NCBI GenBank assembly: GCA_048940445.1
Contig: JBHLON010000048.1
Coordinates: 1 to 18,040, forward strand
Length of the DNA: 18,040 nt
Direction: 5' to 3'
DNA from: Promethearchaeota archaeon
GTDB taxonomy: Archaea; Asgardarchaeota; Lokiarchaeia; Sigyniarchaeales; SOKP01
In this document: piece by piece, positions 9,356-16,598 of the stretch
Numbering within the stretch: position 1 is the first letter of the stretch
Layout of the letters: every line of letters begins with the position of its first letter
Made by a program: the position numbers and the translations under genes
Notes under the pieces: generated by a model
The model's input: the letters and a program-made list of their open reading frames with translations, nothing else
Told to the model about the DNA's origin: nothing
Databases searched by the model: none

Positions 9356-11290
9356 TTATCTGAGGGGGAGATTTTTATAAAAATCTAAACTGGGAAATAA
9401 ATTCAAATTTAAATGTGGAAAATACATTGCTTCTGCATATTCTCTTTGGAATTTTTTATCTAAAGCTATCTCTATGTAATCTATATTTTTTACTAGATTT
9501 TGAGCTTTAATACGTAGATCTTTATTTATCAAACAATTTTTAGCGCCAACTCCAGCTGCATTACCTATTTGAAATATTTTATCTGAACTAATATCCGGAA
9601 TCATCCCTATAAATTTAGCACTTTCTTTATTAATATAATTGCCAAAAGCTCCTGCTAGAAAAATTTGGGAGATCTTATAGTTTTTGTCATATTTATTTTT
9701 CAGATACGCCATCATGAGCCTTGTTCCTGAGAAGAATGCGGCTTTTGCCATTTGAATTTCTCTTACATCTGTTTGCGAAAGAGTGATTTCTCTTCCATCA
9801 GAGGTTTCATTTTTATAGGCAATTATAAATTCAAGTTTTCCAGCTCTGGTCTGGAATCTGTCATTTTTGATCATAAGTTTATTAAAATTACCACTTCGAG
9901 TTAATGCTTTAGATTTTAGTAGTTCACACACAGCATCAATTAAACCAGAGCCGCAAATACCAATGGGTTTTTTATTTTTTATAGTTGTAAATGATACATC
10001 TAAAGTTTTAGGATGAATCTTTATTGTATCTATCGCACCCCCTGCAGCTCTCATTCCATCTTTGATGTGAGCTCCCTCTAATGCTGATCCTGCTGCACAT
10101 GAACCAGTAATTAATACATCCTTATTACCAATTACTAATTCACCATTAGTGCCAATGTCTAAAGCTAATGTTAAATCAGATTCCTCATCAATTTTAGATG
10201 ATAATATTACACCGACAGTATCTGCGCCAACGAAGCCTGCTATTAATGGTAAAATGTAGACATTTCCTTGAGGAAATATATTTAGATTAAGTTGATTAGG
10301 AGAATAATTTAATCCTTTTTGAATCACAGGAACATAAGGACTCAATCCAATACTGATAGGATTTAATCCAAGAAAGATATGGTGCATAACTGAATTACCC
10401 ACTATAGTAATTTCAAAGATTTGATAGGAATCTATCTTTGCTTTAGTACATAATTTTTTTATCAGTTTATTTAATGCTTCTACTACTATAGAATTCAATT
10501 TACTAAGTCCGTCTTCATTATCTTTAGTATAAGTGATCCTAGTTATTACATCTTCTCCATAAGCTGTTTGAGGGTTTAGCATGGAAGCGACTGCATATGT
10601 TTTTCCATTATGGAGATTGATTAAATATCCTACTATAGTGGTTGTCCCTATATCAAAAGCAACTCCAAAATTTTCTTCAGTTTTATTTCCAGGTTCACAC
10701 CGAATGATTTTAGAACCATTCAGAAGAGTAATAGTAAAATCATTATGCTTCACCAATCGAGGAAGATACTTTAATACTTCAAAATCGATATCTAATACTT
10801 TATCACTGTTTATTTCAGCTAATATTCTTTCGAACTGGGGAATAGGATTGTCTAATGATGGTTTTTCGACTTGGAGGTGAAATTTTCGTATATTAGGAGA
10901 AAGTTTAGTTTCTTTTGTAATACCAGATGTTAAAATCTTAAAATCTTCAATTAATAACTCATCATGCAGGAAAATAATAATTTGGGGTAAGGCAGAATTT
11001 TTTAATATTTCAATTTTATTGGGATTGATTTTTAATTGACATGCTAATCTCCAATGGTCATCTAAATCTTGTTGTTTTAAAAATTTAACTTCTAGTTGAG
11101 TCGGTGAATTAAAAAACTCTTTTCCCTTCTGAATCTGCAATTTACATTTCCCACAAGTACCTTGTCCTCCACATAATGTCCTGATTTGGATTCCTGAATC
11201 GATAATGGTTTGATAAATGGTTTTATCTTTTGAAAAATGCAGTCTTCTTGAAATTGGCTCCAAGTCTAAAATAAAATTAAAATTCTCCAT
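9356..11290 (-). CDS. ASKHA-domain reductive activator of corrinoid proteins (RACo/AcsV-like, DUF4445) with N-terminal [2Fe-2S] ferredoxin domain
   Basis: [2Fe-2S] ligands CGGQGTCGKC...RLACQ. ASKHA motifs FDIGTTT, NPQTAYGEDVITRI, AGFVGAD, LDIGTNGE, SCAAGSALEG, GICGSG, LAGAFGNYI and GNAAGVGA. Confidence 0.92.
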   Translation of the reverse strand: MENFNFILDLEPISRRLHFSKDKTIYQTIIDSGIQIRTLCGGQGTCGKCKLQIQKGKEFFNSPTQLEVKFLKQQDLDDHWRLACQLKINPNKIEILKNSALPQIIIFLHDELLIEDFKILTSGITKETKLSPNIRKFHLQVEKPSLDNPIPQFERILAEINSDKVLDIDFEVLKYLPRLVKHNDFTITLLNGSKIIRCEPGNKTEENFGVAFDIGTTTIVGYLINLHNGKTYAVASMLNPQTAYGEDVITRITYTKDNEDGLSKLNSIVVEALNKLIKKLCTKAKIDSYQIFEITIVGNSVMHHIFLGLNPISIGLSPYVPVIQKGLNYSPNQLNLNIFPQGNVYILPLIAGFVGADTVGVILSSKIDEESDLTLALDIGTNGELVIGNKDVLITGSCAAGSALEGAHIKDGMRAAGGAIDTIKIHPKTLDVSFTTIKNKKPIGICGSGLIDAVCELLKSKALTRSGNFNKLMIKNDRFQTRAGKLEFIIAYKNETSDGREITLSQTDVREIQMAKAAFFSGTRLMMAYLKNKYDKNYKISQIFLAGAFGNYINKESAKFIGMIPDISSDKIFQIGNAAGVGAKNCLINKDLRIKAQNLVKNIDYIEIALDKKFQREYAEAMYFPHLNLNLFPSLDFYKNLPLR

Positions 11291-11474
11291 ATATGTAGCT
11301 TAATAAAGACTATAAATTCTTAAGTCTAAATTATTGATAAATTTGATTAACATAATTGGTTAAATATAAAAAATTTATTTGATTAAAGGATTTTATTTAT
11401 TGTAAGAATAATATATGTTTTTATTCATCACTTTATTTCCTATTTTCGAATTATTTTGAGGAAGTTAGTTCAAA

Positions 11475-14400
11475 ATGCAAGATAACGATTATTTAGCTCA
11501 AGAAGCCCTTAAATATCTAGACATAGCTCAAAAGTTTGAGCAAGAGGGAAAAAATGAGGATGCTATTGAAAATTATCAATTAGCTGCTGATTATCTTAAA
11601 AAAAGCGGATATATGATGCATCGAATCAGTGATTTATATGAGAGAATCGAGGAATTAAAATCTTTTATGCGGAATCAAAAGTTATTCCAACATGAACAAT
11701 TATCTGCCCAAATTGAGAAATTTCAAGATCAGGCATTTATATTAATTGATAAAGCGAATAATTTAGAATCCGAAGGGTTTTTTCAAGATGCTATTGAACG
11801 TTATAATTCAGCTTTAAAATTACTACTTCAAGCTGGGTGGTCCCAAACTCAAATTCAGAATATAAAAACGAAAGTTTCAGATCTAATTGAAAAACAAAAT
11901 CTTCAAAAATCAATCAAAAGTCAAAAAGAAATCCAATTACCTACAGATGTACAAAGTAGCCCTCAAATAGTTGATGCATTCGGGGAAAAAATAGATGTTG
12001 AAAAGGCTGAACAACTTATAAAATATAGAGAAGAAAAAGCAAAACAAGAACGTATTCAGAATGATGCATTCACTTTTATTGATAACGCAAAATTCTTCGA
12101 GAGAGATAATCAGTTCGATAAAGCTATTCAAAATTATGAAAAGGCAATTGAATTGTTAATTTCAATTGGATGGGCAGAACAAACACAAAATCTCCAATTT
12201 ATAGTAGAAAAACTTAGAATAGAGAAACAGAAATATGATAGTTTCAAATTACAACCTCAAATAAGTGAAGAAGATTTAAGTAGAAGAATTTATGATGAAT
12301 CTCAAGTATCGATTAATGGAACCAAAATTATTGAATTTGACCATAAAAAAAGAACCGAGGAAGAAATCCAAATTGAAGCGTTTAATTTAATTGATTTTGC
12401 AAAAAAATTAGATAGAGAGAAAGATTATAATAAAGCGATTGAAAAGTTCCAAAGGGCTATACAACTCTTTAAATCAATTGGATGGGATTCTTATATCCAA
12501 CCTATTATGAATTTTATAAAAGACGTGAAGAAGAAACAGAAGAGTGAAGATTCACTTGAAAATTTAAAAAGCAAGAGAGAAGTGGAAATAAAAAAAATTC
12601 AGGATTCTTTTTATGTTAAAGAAAGGGAAGAGATAGTCCAGACAGCTAAAGAACAAGAAATCAGACGTAAAGAATATGAACAAAAAAGGAGTAAACAGAT
12701 AATAAAAGAGAAAGACTTTTTTACTTTTTTAGATAAAGCTGATGATGCTCTTCAAAAGAAACGTGATTTTGATACGGCGTTAACGGAATATCAAAACGCA
12801 TTAGAAACACTTTTTGATCTTGGTCCAAGTTGGGAATCATATATCCCTATGATTAAAACCACAATTAATAGTGTTAAAAAGCTGAAGGAAGCACAGTATA
12901 AAAAGGAATTTGAAACTCAAAAAAGATTAGAAGATAAGCAGAAAGAAGAATCAAAATTTCAGCAACAAATTACAGACATTTTACAAAGAGAGCGTGAAAA
13001 GCTAAAACAAAGAGAATTTGAAATCAAATTAGAACAAGAAAAGTCGGAGTACTTCGAGCATAGGAGAGATTCTGCATTTCAAGCATTAGATGATGCTCAA
13101 AAGTATGTTAAAATGGGAGATTTAGATAAAGCAATTCAAAAATATCAAAATGTAGGGAATATTTTTGCAGAAATTCAGTGGAATGATGAATTACCCCTAA
13201 TCGAAGAATCAATTAAAGAATTAGAGCAAATGAAAAAAGAGTCAGAGATAAAACGACAGGAAGGTATGCAAAATGAAATTGAAAGGCAAAAAGAAGAGCA
13301 AGCCTTTCAGGAGAAGATTTCAATCCAATTACGTTTAGAACAGGAAAGATTGAGAAAGAGAGAAGTAAAATTAAGAGAAAAAGAAAAAGAATTAGAATAT
13401 CGCCAAAAAAGAAAGGAGGATGCTTTTAAGTTATTAGATGAGGCTCAAAATTTAATTAACCAAGCAGATTTTGATAAAGCAATTGAATTGTATCATGATA
13501 TTACTAACATTTTCGCTGAAATCCAATGGTATGATGAAGTAGAATTCATAGGTAATGCAATAATTGAAATTGAAAATAAAAGGCGCGAATATTTTCTAAA
13601 AAGACAAGGAGAATTACAAGAAAAATTAGAGAGGGAAAGAGAAGAAAGAGATTTTCAAATTAATATCACTGAAAAATTAAAGTCTCAAAAAGAGAAATTT
13701 AAAGAAAGATCATTAAAATTAAGAGAAAAAGAGAAGGAACTTGAATATAGAGAAGATAAGCGTAGAGATGCATTCAGATTGATAGAAGAAGCACAAAATT
13801 TTCTTTCATTAGGTAAGTTTAATGAAGCTATAGAGACTTATAGAAAGGTTGCAAATCTATTTGCACAAATTCAATGGAGAGAAGAAATTCCTATTATAAA
13901 TAATGCCATTCTTGAAATTGAAACCATAAGAAAAAAGAAAGACATCATTGATCAAAAACATATGGAAGATGTTATTAGAAAAGAGATGGACAATAGAGAA
14001 TTCGCTGAAAGAATAAGACTTCAGAGAGAAATAGAAGGTAAACGATTAACCACAGATCAAGAATTAATTGCAAAAAAGAAGAAACTTTCTGCCCAAAATC
14101 TTTCTAAACAAGAAGAGGCATTTAAATTATTAGATAAAGCTGATGATATTCTTAAAAGAGAAGAATTTAATGACGTTCTTGGGATTTATCAGCAGGCTTT
14201 AAATATATTAGAAAATATTGGGTGGACCGGGGGGTATATTAAATTAATAAAAGAAACTATCAATGAATTAAAGATTAGAAATGAAGAGAAGCAGAGACGA
14301 GAATTAAAAGAGAAGGAATTATCAAGAAAGCAAATTGAATCTGAGAAGAAATTTGAAATGCAAATTAAGGAATCTATGGAAAAGGAAAAAGCAAGATTAA

Positions 14401-16421
14401 AAGTAAAAAAGATTGAAATAAAGAAGAAAGAAGAATTAATTAGACAGATGGAATCGCTAAAAATCGAAGCTTTTAATTTGATGGATAAAGCAGAGAATTT
14501 AATGAATCAAGGATTATATGAACAAGCTATCGAACTTTATCATCAAGCAGAACTAGTTTTAAACGAATTGCAATATCCAACAGATTCCATTAAAGAATTA
14601 ATCTTGGACATACAAGAAAAGAAGAGAGAAAAAGAATTAGCAAAACAATATGAAATGGAACAACAAATTAAAAAACAAGAAGAACAAAAAATCTTTCAAC
14701 AAAAAATTACTGAGAACATGAAATATGAAACAGATCGAATAAGAAAAAAGGAAATTGGACTTATAAAACAAGCACGAGCTAAAGAGTATATAGAGAAACG
14801 GAGAGAAGATGCTTTTGATCTTTTAGAACAAGCTGAAATTCTTATGAAGAAATCTCAATATAATAAAGCAGTTGAATTTTACCATAGTGCTGAACTAATC
14901 TTTAATGAAATTCAGTTTCCCACAGACTCACTAAAAGAATTAATAATAAAAGTTAGAGAAAAGAAAAGAGAACAAGAATTAGAGAAACAAAAACAATTGG
15001 AATATGAGATTCAAAGGGAAAGAGCTAAACAAAAATATGATACGAAATTAGTAGAACAAATTAGTAAAGAGAAGGAAAAATTAAAAAGAAAGGAAATTAA
15101 AATCCAAAAATTAGAGGAAATCAGAATTAAAGCTGAAATTAATAAAGAGAAAGCATTTAAAATCTTAGATGAAGCCGAAAGATTTACAAAGAATAAAGAT
15201 TATGAAAAAGCTATTAATAGTTATAGAAAGGCCATGTTGATTTTGAATGAAATCCAATATCCTACCGAACCTATCTCCCAGACAATTGTAAAAGTAGAAG
15301 AACTAAAGAAAAAGAAAAGTGAAGAAGAGCAGTTAAATCTAAAGAAACAATTAGAAAAAATGGAAGAAGAAAAGAGATTGATATCACTTATAGAAGAAAG
15401 GAGAAAATATGAAAGAGAAAAAGAATTAGCTCAAAAACTTGCTATCGAAGAAAAAGAGAGGCTAGTCCAAGAGCAATTAAGCAATAGAGAGACAGCATAT
15501 AATCTCTTAGAAAAAGGTGGAACCTATCTTAAAAGAAATCAACCAGATTATGATAGAGCAATTTCATTATACGTACAAGCAAGAGATATTCTAGCAGAAA
15601 AGGTCGGTTGGGAACCTGAAATAAATAATTTAGATATTTTAATCGGAGATTTAGGGAAGGAGAGGAAACATTCTATGGAAAGGAAAGAATTAGAGACTCA
15701 AATACAAATTCAACGTCAAAAAGAGTATGATAGATTTCAAGAGGAGATAAGAAATAGACGTGAAGAGTATTTAAGAAAAAAGAAAGAACAACAAAGTAAG
15801 ATGAGGCAATTATCACAACGTAGGGAGCAGATTGATCAAATTAAACAAGATGCCTTAGAGCTAATAGATGAAGGAAAACGATTAGCAGTCCATCATGACT
15901 TTGAAGGTGCTTACTTGAATTTTGAAAAAGCACTTACTAAATTTAATGAAATTGGTTGGACAGAACAGGCAAAATTTATTAAAAGGGAAATTGAAAATAC
16001 AAAATTATTACAAGAAAATGTAAAACAAGATGAACTAAGAATACAAGAAATTTATGAGGATTTGACAAGTAAAAAACAATTAGAAGAACTTCGTCTATTA
16101 GAAGAAGAAAAAAGGATACAGCAAACTGTGGGCAAAGTAAGCGATATGACAAATGAGGTATCCCAACTAATTAAAGAACAAGATAAAGAGATAAAAACAA
16201 AATTAAAGAAAGAAAAAGTATTATTGAAAAAAGAAGCAAAATCATTTAGTAAAGATATGGCAAATTTATTAAAGTTAAAGCAAGAGCTTATCGAAGAGAT
16301 AAATAGATCTAAAGAAAAATCTGCAAAAGAGAGAGAGGACCTGCAAAAAGCGAAAGACAAAGAAAGAGCTAATGAGATCAAGAAAATGTTAAAGGATGTA
16401 TCTAAAAAAGAAAAGAATTGA
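11475..16421 (+). CDS. Giant helical repeat protein: 14 MIT/TPR-like modules joined by E/K/R/Q-rich helical spacers
   Basis: Uninterrupted 1648-aa ORF. The motif AFxL(L/I)DxAxxxxxxxx(F/Y)xxAIxxYxxAxx(I/L)(F/L)xx(IGW/IQW/IQYP) recurs 14 times with charged spacers between copies. Confidence 0.85.
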   Translation: MQDNDYLAQEALKYLDIAQKFEQEGKNEDAIENYQLAADYLKKSGYMMHRISDLYERIEELKSFMRNQKLFQHEQLSAQIEKFQDQAFILIDKANNLESEGFFQDAIERYNSALKLLLQAGWSQTQIQNIKTKVSDLIEKQNLQKSIKSQKEIQLPTDVQSSPQIVDAFGEKIDVEKAEQLIKYREEKAKQERIQNDAFTFIDNAKFFERDNQFDKAIQNYEKAIELLISIGWAEQTQNLQFIVEKLRIEKQKYDSFKLQPQISEEDLSRRIYDESQVSINGTKIIEFDHKKRTEEEIQIEAFNLIDFAKKLDREKDYNKAIEKFQRAIQLFKSIGWDSYIQPIMNFIKDVKKKQKSEDSLENLKSKREVEIKKIQDSFYVKEREEIVQTAKEQEIRRKEYEQKRSKQIIKEKDFFTFLDKADDALQKKRDFDTALTEYQNALETLFDLGPSWESYIPMIKTTINSVKKLKEAQYKKEFETQKRLEDKQKEESKFQQQITDILQREREKLKQREFEIKLEQEKSEYFEHRRDSAFQALDDAQKYVKMGDLDKAIQKYQNVGNIFAEIQWNDELPLIEESIKELEQMKKESEIKRQEGMQNEIERQKEEQAFQEKISIQLRLEQERLRKREVKLREKEKELEYRQKRKEDAFKLLDEAQNLINQADFDKAIELYHDITNIFAEIQWYDEVEFIGNAIIEIENKRREYFLKRQGELQEKLEREREERDFQINITEKLKSQKEKFKERSLKLREKEKELEYREDKRRDAFRLIEEAQNFLSLGKFNEAIETYRKVANLFAQIQWREEIPIINNAILEIETIRKKKDIIDQKHMEDVIRKEMDNREFAERIRLQREIEGKRLTTDQELIAKKKKLSAQNLSKQEEAFKLLDKADDILKREEFNDVLGIYQQALNILENIGWTGGYIKLIKETINELKIRNEEKQRRELKEKELSRKQIESEKKFEMQIKESMEKEKARLKVKKIEIKKKEELIRQMESLKIEAFNLMDKAENLMNQGLYEQAIELYHQAELVLNELQYPTDSIKELILDIQEKKREKELAKQYEMEQQIKKQEEQKIFQQKITENMKYETDRIRKKEIGLIKQARAKEYIEKRREDAFDLLEQAEILMKKSQYNKAVEFYHSAELIFNEIQFPTDSLKELIIKVREKKREQELEKQKQLEYEIQRERAKQKYDTKLVEQISKEKEKLKRKEIKIQKLEEIRIKAEINKEKAFKILDEAERFTKNKDYEKAINSYRKAMLILNEIQYPTEPISQTIVKVEELKKKKSEEEQLNLKKQLEKMEEEKRLISLIEERRKYEREKELAQKLAIEEKERLVQEQLSNRETAYNLLEKGGTYLKRNQPDYDRAISLYVQARDILAEKVGWEPEINNLDILIGDLGKERKHSMERKELETQIQIQRQKEYDRFQEEIRNRREEYLRKKKEQQSKMRQLSQRREQIDQIKQDALELIDEGKRLAVHHDFEGAYLNFEKALTKFNEIGWTEQAKFIKREIENTKLLQENVKQDELRIQEIYEDLTSKKQLEELRLLEEEKRIQQTVGKVSDMTNEVSQLIKEQDKEIKTKLKKEKVLLKKEAKSFSKDMANLLKLKQELIEEINRSKEKSAKEREDLQKAKDKERANEIKKMLKDVSKKEKN
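13074..15494 (+). repeat. Degenerate intragenic tandem repeat core, period 342-351 bp (114-117 codons)
   Basis: Unit starts (Ala of the AF/AY motif) at 13074, 13422, 13770, 14118, 14469, 14811, 15153 and 15495, giving spacings of 348, 348, 348, 351, 342, 342 and 342 bp. KLREKEKELEYR is identical in two consecutive units. Confidence 0.9.
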
Positions 16422-16598
16422 GCCCTTTTTCTTAATAATAGTTATTATATTTCTAAAAATTGTTATTAGATTTTTAAATAGAGAGTAAAATTTGATAATC
16501 TTAAATCTTAATGTTTATTCTCATTAAATACTGAAAGAATTTAAATTATTTTGATTTGTTAATATATTCATAGAATAATTAAATAATGCCATCTTAAA

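Noticed and set aside
336-16381. Short alternative ORFs (336-557, 2936-3124, 4794-5021, 6150-6485, 7956-8156, 8638-8856, 10581-10880, 11937-12131, 16052-16381)
   Set aside because: All are nested in or antisense to longer motif-supported genes. Their F/L/S/I-rich composition is what antisense or off-frame reading of these AT-rich genes produces.
7003-16421. Selenocysteine read-through at the TGA stops of the longin-GTPase (7003-7005) and giant protein (16419-16421), and a SECIS-like element near 9280-9345
   Set aside because: No redox-Cys context at either TGA, in-frame stops follow within a few codons, and the hairpin lacks the AUGA/GA quartet.
11475-16421. SMC/Rad50 or phage tape-measure identity for the giant helical protein
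   Set aside because: No Walker A/B, hinge or Zn-hook motif, no phage or mobile-element genes nearby, and the periodic AF..D.A...AI..Y module does not fit those families.
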